Shown: positions 1 to 10,597, counted from the stretch's first letter. The stretch is DNA of 64,000 bases from Cyanobacteria bacterium P01_D01_bin.156 (GCA_039024555.1 JBCCQQ010000002.1:160001-224000); one strand, 5' to 3'. Numbers and translations: made by a program. The notes: generated from the letters alone by a model not told the origin.

Positions 1-304
1 TCGTCGTAATGTAATAGTGAGTATAGTCTTGGCTTGTCGCTGCATTCGTGATCGCGCCTCGTTCTTCGATCAAACGCTCAAATTCACCACATTGCAGCTG
101 GGGAGTGCCCTTAAAAATCATATGCTCTAAAAAGTGAGCCATACCGTTAATGGCATCGGATTCTACCCACGATCCCACTCGCAGCCAAATGTTTAGATTA
201 ATCGCAGCAGTTGACATGTGCTCCGCAATAATCGTGAGCCCATTCGGCAAACGTTTAACAACAGGCTGATGGGTGAGTCGGGAGGGGGCTGGCGTCGCAA
301 CCAT
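1..304 (-). CDS. M16 (pitrilysin/insulinase) family zinc peptidase, 5' part only; runs off the window
   Basis: Manual minus-strand translation: MVATPAPSRLTHQPVVKRLPNGLTII...GMAHFLEHMIFKGT, containing the inverted zincin motif HxxEH. Confidence 0.9.
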   Translation of the reverse strand, partial: MVATPAPSRLTHQPVVKRLPNGLTIIAEHMSTAAINLNIWLRVGSWVESDAINGMAHFLEHMIFKGTPQLQCGEFERLIEERGAITNAATSQDYTHYYITT

Positions 305-406
305 GGGCAAACTAATATTGATTGATTTTGCTATTTCTTATTCTAGTCATCTAGGTACAGTAAAGTCTGGGTAAAAACAACCACCGCCATACGAGAGATA
401 TCTGCT

Positions 407-1105
407 ATGGGCACTTGGATTAAGGAAACCGATAAAGCAATTTATTTGATGCAAGGAGGGTACTACATTTCTAAAATTTCTAAATATCCCTCTAAATCAA
501 ACCCCAATGAAAAAGTGCTCAATATTAGCGGCATGAAATCATGGTTTCGTCGCTCAGATGCTCCCCGTGGGATGACCGTTTCCCAAACGGGGCCTGAACC
601 TAAGCCCATCCCTAAGCCAACAACAGCTCCCGTTAATAGCGGTAGCTCATCCAGCACACGCCAGACCAATACCAGCGGTGTTGGTTTGATTAAATCTTTT
701 GAGGGACTGCGACTGAGGGCTTATCAAGATGCCGTTGGTGTATGGACCATTGGTTATGGCACTACACGGGGTGTTAAGCCTGGTCAAGAAATTAGTGAGG
801 CCCAGGCTGAAGCATTGCTAAAAACTGATCTCACTCGCTTTGAGAGCTCCGTTAACCAAGCTCTTCGAGTTCCTGTTAATGACAATCAGTTTGCTGCCCT
901 AGTGTCGTTTACCTATAACGTGGGCTCGGGCGCAATGAGAAGCTCCACGCTCATGAGAAAGCTAAACCGACGCGATATTTACGGCGCTTCTAATGAGTTT
1001 CTTCGCTGGAATCGTGCTGGAGGCAGAGTGCTGGCAGGGCTTACCCGCCGCCGTAAAGCAGAACGAGCTTTATTTTTAGGCCAGGATTACCGCCGCTACT
1101 TATAA
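407..1105 (+). CDS. Phage-type lysozyme (GH24 muramidase) with an extra N-terminal domain and a Pro/Ser linker
   Basis: FEGLRLRAYQDAVGVWTIGYG (E-x8-D-x5-T catalytic triad), QFAALVSFTYNVG and GLTRRRKAERALFL. Confidence 0.9.
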   Translation: MGTWIKETDKAIYLMQGGYYISKISKYPSKSNPNEKVLNISGMKSWFRRSDAPRGMTVSQTGPEPKPIPKPTTAPVNSGSSSSTRQTNTSGVGLIKSFEGLRLRAYQDAVGVWTIGYGTTRGVKPGQEISEAQAEALLKTDLTRFESSVNQALRVPVNDNQFAALVSFTYNVGSGAMRSSTLMRKLNRRDIYGASNEFLRWNRAGGRVLAGLTRRRKAERALFLGQDYRRYL

Positions 1106-1228
1106 GATGGGCTACTCAAAAACTATCTGAAGGTTTCATAGCATCGTTTAATGTGCTTCGTTAGACGGTTTTCATGCTGACCGCAAAGCGTTATCCCATA
1201 TCCTGGGAAGGACACTCTCTTTCCCTAG

Positions 1229-2116
1229 ATGAACCGTACATTTCCTCGCTGGTTAGTTCCCTATGCATTTTTAGCCCCAGCCTTACTAGTGTTGGGGTTA
1301 ACCGTATTTTGGCCAGCCATACAGGCGTTCTATCTAAGCTTTACAGAATATGGCTACGACATTACCCAACCCCCTATATGGATTGGCTGGGACAATTTTA
1401 TTCGGCTGTGGAAAGATGAGCGGTTTTGGCAAACCCTTGGTAACACGCTAATTTACTTGCTCGGTGTTGTACCCATACTTGCGATCGCACCTCTACTATT
1501 GGCCATTTTGGTGAATCAAAAGCTCAAGGGCATTACCTGGTTCCGCATGGCTTATTACACACCAGTGGTCATTTCTATGGTGGTAGCTGGTATTGCTTGG
1601 CGCTGGCTCTATGCAGAAAATGGCCTATTTAATCAGGTATTAACGGGGCTTACCGGATACACCATCCGCATCCCTTGGCTAACCAGCCCGAACTTAGCCC
1701 TTTTCAGTGTCATGCTCGTCACCATATGGAAAGGCTTAGGCTATTACATGGTGATTTATCTAGCTGGACTCCAGGGCATTCCAGCTGACCTCTACGAAGC
1801 CGCTGCTATTGATGGCTCTGACCGCTGGCGCAAACACTGGGACATTACTATACCGCTGATGAAGCCTTACATGTTTCTAGTAGCTGTCATCTCTGCGATC
1901 GCAGCCACCAAGGTTTTTGAAGAGGTATATATCATGACCCAGGGAGGCCCCCGCAGCAGTTCTAAAACAGTGGTCTACTACGTCTATGAACAATTTATCG
2001 ATTTAGAAATCAGCTATGCCTGCACGATGGGACTGGCTCTCTTTATGGTTATTTTAGCCTTGTCTCTTATCCGATTACGCTTAGCCCCCGACGAATCAAA
2101 CAGCCCTCTTTTGTAA
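1229..2116 (+). CDS. Carbohydrate ABC transporter permease
   Basis: Several TM segments and the EAA loop LYEAAAIDG. Confidence 0.9.
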   Translation: MNRTFPRWLVPYAFLAPALLVLGLTVFWPAIQAFYLSFTEYGYDITQPPIWIGWDNFIRLWKDERFWQTLGNTLIYLLGVVPILAIAPLLLAILVNQKLKGITWFRMAYYTPVVISMVVAGIAWRWLYAENGLFNQVLTGLTGYTIRIPWLTSPNLALFSVMLVTIWKGLGYYMVIYLAGLQGIPADLYEAAAIDGSDRWRKHWDITIPLMKPYMFLVAVISAIAATKVFEEVYIMTQGGPRSSSKTVVYYVYEQFIDLEISYACTMGLALFMVILALSLIRLRLAPDESNSPLL

Positions 2117-2159
2117 GAACCGTCCAGGGAAACTGGCTAATCTTAAAAAATCGGAACGG

Positions 2160-2576
2160 CTAACAGGCTGTTGAAACCGCTACACCATAAGTTTCAACGG
2201 CATCCACACCATCTACGGTCATCGCCAGATTAACCACCTGATGCAGCAAATGGGGAGAAATAACCTGCCCAGTTAAAACCACCACACGACCACGCTGCCG
2301 AACCTTTAAACGTCTTAAGGCCAACTCATCAACATGGGTGCTCGCATTTAAGCAACGGCATACTCGTTTCGATAAACCGTAGTAGTCAAATTCGCCATGG
2401 AGTCCTCGACGCTCAGGGGGAATCGTGGAGAACCAATGCTGTTTACCTGGCTCCACATTCAACAGCCTGAATGGCTGAGACGCTTGATTTAGAGAAATCG
2501 CAATGGTTGAACCGTCCATAACGCTATCTTTGCACCCCAATCGAACCGGGCATCCGCTAGCTTGCGCTAGCCTCAC
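2160..2576 (-). CDS. BON-domain (phospholipid-binding) protein; start uncertain
   Basis: PPERRGLHGEFDYYGL followed by BON-like VRQRGRVVVLTG...VDGVDAVET. Confidence 0.65.
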   Translation of the reverse strand: MRLAQASGCPVRLGCKDSVMDGSTIAISLNQASQPFRLLNVEPGKQHWFSTIPPERRGLHGEFDYYGLSKRVCRCLNASTHVDELALRRLKVRQRGRVVVLTGQVISPHLLHQVVNLAMTVDGVDAVETYGVAVSTAC

Positions 2577-2723
2577 CTACCTACAAAACATCTCAAGGCA
2601 ATGTCAAAAAGTTCAAATTCATAACTTTTTTGCACTGTCCCGAATATATTTGTTAATTCTAAAAAGAATTTACGTGGGATTATGTATTTTCAGAAACTTT
2701 TTAACACAATTTACTCCTGCCAC

Positions 2724-3200
2724 TTACTGAACGAGTAGTACAACAGCGTAGGCAGCGATACCTTCTTCTCGCCCCGTGGGACCGAGTTTTTCATTAGTGG
2801 TTGCTTTAATCCCTACCTGATCAGCATCCAGGGTCAGACGAGCCGCAAGTTGCTGCTTCATCGTCTCAATGTGGGGCTTTAGCTTAGGGCGTTCGGCCAC
2901 GACCACCGAATCTATATTACCGATGGACCATCCCCGCTGCTTGACCAGTTGATAAACCTGGTCAAGCAGCTCCAAACTGTCGGCCCCCTTCCACTGGGGA
3001 TCCGTAGGTGGGAAATAACGCCCAATATCACCCAAACTCAGGGCTCCTAGCATGGCATCCATAATTGCATGGGTCAGCACATCAGCATCGCTATGCCCCA
3101 ATAGTCCTAGGGTATGGGGAATCGTAACTCCACCCAAAATCAAAGGACGTTCCGGCCCTAATCGATGAATGTCATAGCCGTTGCCAATGCGGATATTCAT
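2724..3200 (-). CDS. ispF: 2-C-methyl-D-erythritol 2,4-cyclodiphosphate synthase
   Basis: [29 protein letters not shown]. Confidence 0.97.
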   Translation of the reverse strand: MNIRIGNGYDIHRLGPERPLILGGVTIPHTLGLLGHSDADVLTHAIMDAMLGALSLGDIGRYFPPTDPQWKGADSLELLDQVYQLVKQRGWSIGNIDSVVVAERPKLKPHIETMKQQLAARLTLDADQVGIKATTNEKLGPTGREEGIAAYAVVLLVQ

Positions 3201-3217
3201 AGCTTTTTAGAAAATTT

Positions 3218-3374
3218 TGAAGTCAGAGGTCGGAAGTCGAAAACAAAGCTTAGGCTGGCCAGCGTTACTTTTATTGTCTTGTAAGCGCTCAGAATTCCGA
3301 ACGCCAACTTCCGCACTCCCTAGATTGTCTCATTTCCGCAAGTACTCAGAATTCCAACTTCCGCACTCCGAATC
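3218..3374. repeat. Degenerate heptamer (STRR-like) repeat patch in the trmD-ispF spacer
   Basis: gaagtcagaggtcggaagtcga followed by two copies of tcagaattcc...aacttccgcactcc in the opposite orientation. Confidence 0.55.
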
Positions 3375-4070
3375 TTACATCTCGTCCCGCTGTTGCCAGC
3401 GCTCATACAGATCTAGACGGCGCTCACGGGTACGGTCGACTTGTTGCTGCCGCCGCCATTGAGCAATGGCAGCATGATTACCGGAACGGAGAACATCCGG
3501 CACAGGACACCCTCGAAATTCTGCAGGGCGGGTGTAGTGGGGATAATCTAGCAATCCAGCTTCAAAGCTGTCGTAGTATAGAGAATCTCGCTTGGCCACA
3601 GTTCCTGGTAATAGACGAATCACACCATTTAAGAGGGCTAGGGCAGGAATTTCGCCACAGGTTAAGACAAAATCTCCCAGGGAAACTTCTCGAGTGACAA
3701 AATCGAGAACGCGTTCGTCAACACCTTCGTAATGACCACAAATAATTACCAGCTGGTCTAAATTTTTAGACCACTCCCATAAAAGAGGCTGATTCATGGG
3801 TTCTCCTTGGGGAGTCATCAATGCCACTTGCCGACGAGGGTGCTGGGGCAAACTTTCTAGAGCCGAGACAATGGGCTCTATTTTCATGACCATGCCTACG
3901 CCACCACCGTAGGGTTCGTCATCGACCTTGTGGTGTTTGTCAGTGGTAAATTCTCTAGGATTCGTAATATGAACCTGGGCAATCTGACGCTGCAACGCTT
4001 TACCAATTAAGCCGGACTGTAGGGGTGAGGTAAAAAAGTCAGGAAATAAGCTGATTAGATCAAACCGCAT
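3375..4070 (-). CDS. trmD: tRNA (guanine37-N1)-methyltransferase
   Basis: VDDEPYGGGVGM, ICGHYEGVDER, LDYPHYTRP. Confidence 0.97.
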   Translation of the reverse strand: MRFDLISLFPDFFTSPLQSGLIGKALQRQIAQVHITNPREFTTDKHHKVDDEPYGGGVGMVMKIEPIVSALESLPQHPRRQVALMTPQGEPMNQPLLWEWSKNLDQLVIICGHYEGVDERVLDFVTREVSLGDFVLTCGEIPALALLNGVIRLLPGTVAKRDSLYYDSFEAGLLDYPHYTRPAEFRGCPVPDVLRSGNHAAIAQWRRQQQVDRTRERRLDLYERWQQRDEM

Positions 4071-5122
4071 TAGTCACTACCGTCCTGAACATCCTCAAAC
4101 CTAAGCAAGCGATTAAACAACTCAGCCTTAAGAGCCGTTTGATCTAGCGAGCGGGCCAATGCATAGGCCCATTCATACTGTTCTTTTGCCAGGGCTCGTT
4201 CACCAGTAGCTTCGTAAAACTCGCCTAAACGTTTATAGGTCAAGAGCCGTGCCCGAATATTATCTACGCTATCATCGCTGGTATTAAAGGTTAGAGCAAT
4301 GCGCTCATCCAAGTAACGACGTACCTGGGACCAATCGAGCTCCCCCATGTAAACGTCAATTAGACCGTCAATGGATTGTAGTTGCGCGGCCACATTTTCA
4401 CTTTCACGGGCATAGCTTAAGGCAACCAAATAAGGACCAATCGCTTTTTTCGGTTGGCCACTCGCCACATAAGCATCCCCTAGATTATTACCGGTGTTGG
4501 CACGCCCAGCGATGTTAGCTGAGCGAATTCGATAGTCTCCTGCCACTTCATAGTAGTCAATGGCAGCAGCATAATCACCTTGAGCGGCTGAGAGTAAGCC
4601 TAAATTACTTAAAGAAAGGCCAATCCCTTCATTGCTGTTGATGCTGTAGGCAATGTTGAGGGCTTCTTCGTAGGCTTGGGTAGCTGATTCAACGGCCCCC
4701 TGCTGGAGTTGCAATGTGCCCAATGCGTTCCATGCAAATACTTGTGTATTAAAGTTTTGATTGTCTCTTGCGATCGCAAGCTGTCGGCGCACAGCCGTTT
4801 CAGCACCGCTAAAATCGCCTAGCTGTCCATAAGCACGACCGATATTGCCATAGGCCCGCTCCATAGATGCGGCATCACCAATATCGTAATAAAGATCCGC
4901 TGCTCGACCCCAAGCTTTGATCGCCGATGTATAGTCCCCTTCCGCGGACTGACGTTCTCCTAGACGCAACAGTTGGTCAGCCACATCTCGCCGCTGATTG
5001 ATCCCGGCACGGTCGACCGGTTGACGCAACTGCTGATCTAACGATTCCCGAGCATAGGCCCCTGGCATGCCTATTAATGCCAGTAATGCGAAACCACCCA
5101 AACACCAAACTATACTGCGCAC
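4070..5122 (-). CDS. Secreted tetratricopeptide repeat protein
   Basis: Signal-like N-terminus; about 40-aa TPR-like repeats (SLSNLG, NNLGDAY); stop overlaps trmD start. Confidence 0.8.
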   Translation of the reverse strand: MRSIVWCLGGFALLALIGMPGAYARESLDQQLRQPVDRAGINQRRDVADQLLRLGERQSAEGDYTSAIKAWGRAADLYYDIGDAASMERAYGNIGRAYGQLGDFSGAETAVRRQLAIARDNQNFNTQVFAWNALGTLQLQQGAVESATQAYEEALNIAYSINSNEGIGLSLSNLGLLSAAQGDYAAAIDYYEVAGDYRIRSANIAGRANTGNNLGDAYVASGQPKKAIGPYLVALSYARESENVAAQLQSIDGLIDVYMGELDWSQVRRYLDERIALTFNTSDDSVDNIRARLLTYKRLGEFYEATGERALAKEQYEWAYALARSLDQTALKAELFNRLLRFEDVQDGSD

Positions 5123-5156
5123 TTGCCAGGCTCCTTTCTCTCAAAAATATGATGGC

Positions 5157-5864
5157 TCATGTTTCCGGAGCTAAATTGGGTTGTTCTAAATCAAGATCGG
5201 AAACATTTAGTAAATCCGCCAAATCTTCTGGCAGATTTTCCTCGGCACTGCCCCCAGTATCCCCAAAGTAAATTGTCTGAATATCACTAGGGAGACTGCT
5301 TTTCAAAGAAGTCTGAGCATCCGCGAGCACTGTCGCCACGGCCTTTGGAGATATATGCTGCCCCTCTGCTCGCAAGTACGCCGCGATACGGGTTTTACTC
5401 CAGCGAAATGTTTGTGCCATCACAATCACTAACCGCTGAAGAGGCTGCAATCGTTCCAAAGCTTGAGTCACATAACACCACAGTGGAGGAGGTGCATCTT
5501 GCAAACTGTAATGAATCTCTTCTACATCCGGCAGTGCAGCCTGATTGATACACACCGCTGTCAGATTGACTAGCCAAGCCTGGAGAGAAAACTCTTTTGG
5601 AGGGTTAGGCGGCAGATCTAAACCACTTAGCTCGTATAAAATATGCCGCCAAGTAAGCGCAAATAGATACTCTGACTGTACCGTTGACCGCGCTGAGTGC
5701 CGAATCAGCGTGTACACGACCGAACTATAGCGACAAAAAATAGCTGTAAAGTACTTGCCTTCTTGTGGGTGCTGTTTTAAGCGTCGCACCAGATCGTAAT
5801 CGCTGTATTCAAAGAGCGATGTAACAATGGCATGATCACATTCAGGAAAATTGGGAATATCCAC
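5157..5864 (-). CDS. Cyanobacterial sigma-70 (ECF-like) family protein; likely GTG start
   Basis: IPNFPECDH, GKYFTAIFCRY, region-4-like ALERLQPLQRLVIVM...RIAAYL. Confidence 0.6.
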   Translation of the reverse strand: MDIPNFPECDHAIVTSLFEYSDYDLVRRLKQHPQEGKYFTAIFCRYSSVVYTLIRHSARSTVQSEYLFALTWRHILYELSGLDLPPNPPKEFSLQAWLVNLTAVCINQAALPDVEEIHYSLQDAPPPLWCYVTQALERLQPLQRLVIVMAQTFRWSKTRIAAYLRAEGQHISPKAVATVLADAQTSLKSSLPSDIQTIYFGDTGGSAEENLPEDLADLLNVSDLDLEQPNLAPET

Positions 5865-6209
5865 AGCAGTGCGAACCGAGCTCCTGACAATTTCGATACA
5901 GCAGACTAGACTAACCAGACTGAGGCTACCGTACAAATAGCCATTACTATACCCAGGATTGGTGGAATCTTAAAGATTCCCCAGAAAATCCTCAGCTAAT
6001 ATCTACCAAATCCATGCCGTGGCATCTTATCAAAGAGAACAGGTACTCCATCGAGCGAGAAAATCTCGGATAGCCAGTGAGTAGTCGATGGTGACTCGGA
6101 AAAGCTATAGGTGTGGCCATTACTAACAGTCAGCCGGTTTTACGCTTGATACACTAGAAGTATCCCAAGCCTCCATGTTATACAGACAGCCTATCGATCC
6201 AGATTCTCT

Positions 6210-6785
6210 ATGGATTTTTGCCTTACTTTCTTTACCCCTGCCCTAGCCTCAATCTGGCAAAGCTTACCCCTGGATAGTCTAGTTTCTACCCAGGGGATTA
6301 TGGTTCTTCTCCTGGTTGCCTATGCAGGTGCCATGTGGATGTTTCTGACCAGTGCGCCCAAAGTGCATACGGTCATGGTGTCTGATATAGATATCGCCCA
6401 GCGTTTTTATGAAGGCATGTTGGGGCTTTCAGCCGCGGATGTACCACTACATTATTACTACAACTATGAGCAGACCATGGGAGCCAGTATGGACCCCATG
6501 ATGGGTATGGGCACTAGTTTGTCACGACCGATGGAGCCTGGCACAGGTGACGGTCTGTGGTACCAATTGAAAAAAAATACTCAGTTACACGTCATCGCAG
6601 GCGCTAGTCGAGGGCATAAAAATCGTCAACGCCACGTGTGCTTTGACCGCGACTGTTTAGAGCTGCTGCTGCTGCAGGTCCAAACCAACGCAGTACGCCA
6701 TAAAATCCGCCGGGAAAGACCCCTCAACTTTTTAGTCAAGGACTACTCTGGCGAAGTCATTGAAATGGCGGAAGTTGCTGATTAG
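6210..6785 (+). CDS. Glyoxalase/VOC-like membrane-anchored protein
   Basis: N-terminal TM segment, HTVMVSDIDIAQRFYEGMLGL, RHVCF. Confidence 0.7.
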   Translation: MDFCLTFFTPALASIWQSLPLDSLVSTQGIMVLLLVAYAGAMWMFLTSAPKVHTVMVSDIDIAQRFYEGMLGLSAADVPLHYYYNYEQTMGASMDPMMGMGTSLSRPMEPGTGDGLWYQLKKNTQLHVIAGASRGHKNRQRHVCFDRDCLELLLLQVQTNAVRHKIRRERPLNFLVKDYSGEVIEMAEVAD

Positions 6786-6842
6786 GTTTGGGCATCGATA
6801 CTCAGACTATCCTGCAAAACAAGGTGTTTGATAGGCAATTCC

Positions 6843-7301
6843 ATGATCATCGATCTTTCTGCAATACCCGTGAGTCAAGGCACTGGCTATCCTGAACCAT
6901 TCCGTTCTGCTGTAGCTGGCCGCTCTCGCCAACGGTTGGGAAATGCAGCTGGTCTAACTAATTTTGGTGTTAACTTAACCACATTAGTTCCCGGTGCCCA
7001 GTCGGCCCTACGCCACTGGCATAGCCATCAAGATGAGTTTATTTATATGGTTTCGGGAGAATTGACGTTAGTCACTGATGAGGGCGAGACACGACTGACC
7101 TCTGGCATGATGGCGGGTTTTGCCGCAGGTGTTACCAATGGGCACCACCTGATTAATCGATCAGGGGAAAACGCGACGTATCTTGAAATTGGCGATCGCA
7201 CCCCTGGAGATCGCGCCGAATACCCTGACGATGACTTAATCGCGCTATCCAAACCTGAGGGAGGCTATGCATTTGTTCATCGCGATGGTGTGTCCTATTA
7301 A
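6843..7301 (+). CDS. Cupin domain protein
   Basis: SALRHWHSHQDEFIY and GHHLINRS cupin motifs. Confidence 0.9.
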   Translation: MIIDLSAIPVSQGTGYPEPFRSAVAGRSRQRLGNAAGLTNFGVNLTTLVPGAQSALRHWHSHQDEFIYMVSGELTLVTDEGETRLTSGMMAGFAAGVTNGHHLINRSGENATYLEIGDRTPGDRAEYPDDDLIALSKPEGGYAFVHRDGVSY

Positions 7302-7420
7302 GAATTTGGTGCCCACGGCGCTTAATCACCATGGCTAAAACCTTCAAATAGCCCGAGCTCATTGCGCAGCAAAGCACACAGATCGCATTATTCCCTAAAT
7401 CAGCAACGGCAGAATTTCCC

Positions 7421-8125
7421 ATGGCATCACATCATTTTGGAGCAGCTGCTTTGGCTAAAACTCTGTGCTACGTCGCTCCGCTAATTCTGGCTGTAGTCAG
7501 TTGCCAAGCCACCCCAACACCAGACATAGCTGTCGAACCGCCCCCCGAAACATCGAATAATGCCACGGCTCCACCACCGCCGCCTGCGAATTCATATCTG
7601 GCTCAGCTATCACCTGAGGTGACTAATCAACTGAGAGCGTTAGACATTGAGATTGTTATTCCCACCTATCTGCCTGCTAACACCAAGCTCGCCACCTACG
7701 GTGTGGAAGCGGCCGCTGAGCCACTTTACTATTGGCTGGTTTATCGTGACGAGCAAAATCGTTGTTTTGCCATTGAATATGCTGCCACAGCAATCAACAG
7801 CATCTCCCTAGACAACAAAGAACCTATCAGTAGCAGTCTCTTTGGCGACGACTATCACCTTTATCATGGCAAACGTTCCAATGGTGGTGGTGGCGAATTA
7901 TTGATCAGCGATCTTTTAACCGATTGGATAAAGAGCAGGGATGGATTTTATAGGTTGGTGGGTGCAGGGATGGTAACTGGTCAAAGCTATGGGCCTAAAA
8001 ACTGCACTAACGTCACGGTGCAAGAGGCCATTGCGATCGCTGAGTCTCTCAGTTATTTACCTGAGGATATTCGCACGTTGGATGCTATACCCGCCCAACC
8101 CAACCCAGGTATCGAAATCCCCTAA
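7421..8125 (+). CDS. Hypothetical lipoprotein
   Basis: Hydrophobic N-terminus ending VVSC, followed by a Pro-rich linker. Confidence 0.6.
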   Translation: MASHHFGAAALAKTLCYVAPLILAVVSCQATPTPDIAVEPPPETSNNATAPPPPPANSYLAQLSPEVTNQLRALDIEIVIPTYLPANTKLATYGVEAAAEPLYYWLVYRDEQNRCFAIEYAATAINSISLDNKEPISSSLFGDDYHLYHGKRSNGGGGELLISDLLTDWIKSRDGFYRLVGAGMVTGQSYGPKNCTNVTVQEAIAIAESLSYLPEDIRTLDAIPAQPNPGIEIP

Positions 8126-8169
8126 CAACAGCTAAATATAACTGTCTGACATCCTTACTTTTGAGACAG

Positions 8170-8197
8170 CAAAGGCTCGCTGTTTAGCGAGCCTTTG
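8170..8197. terminator. Hairpin between convergent genes; likely bidirectional terminator
   Basis: caaaggctcgc-tgttta-gcgagcctttg, 11-bp perfect stem. Confidence 0.7.
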
Positions 8198-8246
8198 TCA
8201 AACGAGCGAATAGAGGATAATCTAGCTATCCATCACTTGCGAGCAT

Positions 8247-8780
8247 CTAAGCTTTGCTAGTTGCAGACGTATCCTTAGCATCCTTAGAGTCAGCAACAGT
8301 CTTAGTATCGGTGGCCACCTTCTCAGCGGCAGGCTTAGAAGATGGCGCAGTGGCTTTAGCTTGTTCAGCAGGAGCCGCCGCCGCTTTTGAAACGGCAACT
8401 TTTTTAGAGTTAGCTTTGGGAGCAGGACGTTCTAGCGTCTCTAACCCCAACTGCTCACGGGCTTTATCCAACAAGAAATTAGCACTGTTTTGACTGACAT
8501 CAAGGATGGCTTTACCCGTCGCTGCCGCCGTTTCATTACCATCAGCTGATGCGGTTTGCTGTTTTTCCCACCACGTTCGAGCCGTTTTTCCAGTGTTGAT
8601 GGAAAAATCCCCAAACCACGCTGCAAAGACAAATACGGAACAAATTAATAACCAGGCCAACAACGCCACTTCTTTAAATATTTGGCCGGTCAAAACCAAA
8701 ACATTTCTATAGGCGTCTGCTGTCTTGGGAGAAAAAAGTAACTGAGATACCACAGCAGCCTGAGCTTTAACGCGATCCAT
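8247..8780 (-). CDS. Hypothetical protein with one TM segment and an Ala/Lys-rich tail
   Basis: 177-aa ORF with ATG start, TM segment and low-complexity C-terminus. Confidence 0.65.
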   Translation of the reverse strand: MDRVKAQAAVVSQLLFSPKTADAYRNVLVLTGQIFKEVALLAWLLICSVFVFAAWFGDFSINTGKTARTWWEKQQTASADGNETAAATGKAILDVSQNSANFLLDKAREQLGLETLERPAPKANSKKVAVSKAAAAPAEQAKATAPSSKPAAEKVATDTKTVADSKDAKDTSATSKA

Positions 8781-8852
8781 GGCTTCACCCCATCTAAAGT
8801 CTACAGATGCAAAAAAATTGATTAATTAAACGCTTAGAGTATACCCAACGGT

Positions 8853-9794
8853 TTAACTACCCCAAACTTTTTGCAACACATCTGCCGGGCTCAGATCCCC
8901 TAACTTAGCGGTGGCAGACTGCACGGCTAACGCACGAACCTCTCCATCACTGGGAGGTAGAGCTGTACTCAGACTCGTTTTCAAAACTAAGGTAAAGACT
9001 TGTAATGCTACGGCAACCTGACTGAGATAGCTATCGGGACTAATCACCAAGTCTGCCCCAGCTAAAACTGCTGCCATTTGGCCTAAGTTCTTCGCTGTAA
9101 TACTTTTTAGGCTACGCTGACGGCTTATCACTGCCAGCGCATCTTTGCTATCCGCCGTTTCCAACAAAACAATCGGTAATTGAGGCTGCTTGCTTTGAAA
9201 ATCATCGATAATCGTTAGCCAGCTTTCTACCGGATAGCTATCTGCCTCACTATTGAGACCGGGATACATCACAACGTAGCCACTACCTGCTAGTCCCAGC
9301 GCCTTACGCTGTTCGTCAGCCCAGCTTAGATCGCCCTCGGGCACATTTAACTGGATAGGTTCAAGGGAGGAGTCCTGAGCTAATCCCGTCAACAGCGCCT
9401 GGTATTGACCTTCTGGGTATTGGGCATCAGTGGTCACAGTGGTGGTGTACAACCAGGGGACTTGAGTACTGCTGTAGCCAATACGAGTAGGAATACCACT
9501 GAGCCATAACAAGACCCCTGCTTCCCAGCGATCGCTGGCACATAAAGCAAGTTCAAACTCGCGATCGCGGATAATACCTAATAAGTTGGCCCAGTCTGCC
9601 GGACTATTCTGGCCACGATAATCAAAGGGAATAACCTCCCCAACCGCGCTAGAAACCCGATAGGCCGACTTAGCTCCAGGTTCGACCACTACCGCAATGT
9701 CTGCGTTTGGATAAGTCTTTTGGATCGTTGTTAAGGTTGGGAAAAACTGAAGCTGATCGCTGATTCCACCAGGGACTAAAGCCAGGACGTGCAT
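8853..9794 (-). CDS. Glycosyltransferase family 9 (heptosyltransferase-like)
   Basis: LALVPGGISDQLQFFPTL, SGIPTRIGY, ADLVISPDS. Confidence 0.85.
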   Translation of the reverse strand: MHVLALVPGGISDQLQFFPTLTTIQKTYPNADIAVVVEPGAKSAYRVSSAVGEVIPFDYRGQNSPADWANLLGIIRDREFELALCASDRWEAGVLLWLSGIPTRIGYSSTQVPWLYTTTVTTDAQYPEGQYQALLTGLAQDSSLEPIQLNVPEGDLSWADEQRKALGLAGSGYVVMYPGLNSEADSYPVESWLTIIDDFQSKQPQLPIVLLETADSKDALAVISRQRSLKSITAKNLGQMAAVLAGADLVISPDSYLSQVAVALQVFTLVLKTSLSTALPPSDGEVRALAVQSATAKLGDLSPADVLQKVWGS

Positions 9795-9916
9795 GGGGTC
9801 TGGATAATACTTCGCTACTCATTCTAGAGGAAGCTGGCGATGCTAATGCTTCAGAAACAGGACTAAACCCTGAAAAAATAGAAAAGAAGATCTATAAACC
9901 TATTTAGCAGAACACC

Positions 9917-10597
9917 ATGCACCTACTTATACCGGCAGCAGGTGTGGGCAAACGAATGGGAGCTAATGGGAACAAGCTATTGTTACCATTGCTCGACTTG
10001 CCCATCCTCGGCTGGACATTGAAAGCAGCAATCTCAGCCCAAAGCATTGAGTGGATTGGTGTCATTTGTCAGGCTATCGATGAACCGGCTTTTGAAGCCA
10101 TTGTGACCCAGCTAAACCCGGCAAAACCCATCGTATTTATACGGGGAGGAGATACCCGCCAAGAATCCGTATTTAATGGATTGAACGCATTACCCACAGG
10201 AGCGCAGCAGGTGCTGATCCATGACGGGGCTCGCTGTTTGGCAACACCAATGCTATTTGATCGTTGTTCAGCCGCCTTTCAACAGTGCCAGGGATTTATC
10301 GCAGCGATCCCGGTAAAAGACACCATCAAACAGGTCAATCAGAATAAAATTATTACGGCCACACCTGAACGCGCTCACCTCTGGGCTGCTCAAACCCCCC
10401 AAGGCTTTAATGTGAACCTACTAAAAGCATCTCATCAAAAAGGATTAGCCCAGGGCTGGTCAGTTACCGACGATGCTGCCCTATTTGAGAAATGCGGCTT
10501 TGATGTACAAATTGTGGAAGGTGAAGAAACCAACCTTAAGGTGACTACACCCGTGGATCTTGCGATCGCAGAATTTATCCTGCGCCAAAGAGATTAA
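9917..10597 (+). CDS. ispD: 2-C-methyl-D-erythritol 4-phosphate cytidylyltransferase
   Basis: IPAAGVGKRMG, IHDGAR, AQTPQGF, NLKVTTPVDL. Confidence 0.97.
   Translation: MHLLIPAAGVGKRMGANGNKLLLPLLDLPILGWTLKAAISAQSIEWIGVICQAIDEPAFEAIVTQLNPAKPIVFIRGGDTRQESVFNGLNALPTGAQQVLIHDGARCLATPMLFDRCSAAFQQCQGFIAAIPVKDTIKQVNQNKIITATPERAHLWAAQTPQGFNVNLLKASHQKGLAQGWSVTDDAALFEKCGFDVQIVEGEETNLKVTTPVDLAIAEFILRQRD

Noticed and set aside
407..1105. Prophage
   Set aside because: Only a lysozyme is present; no holin, structural or integrase genes in the window
3217..3462. 81-aa ORF across the trmD-ispF spacer
   Set aside because: Product of degenerate heptamer repeats plus trmD antisense sequence
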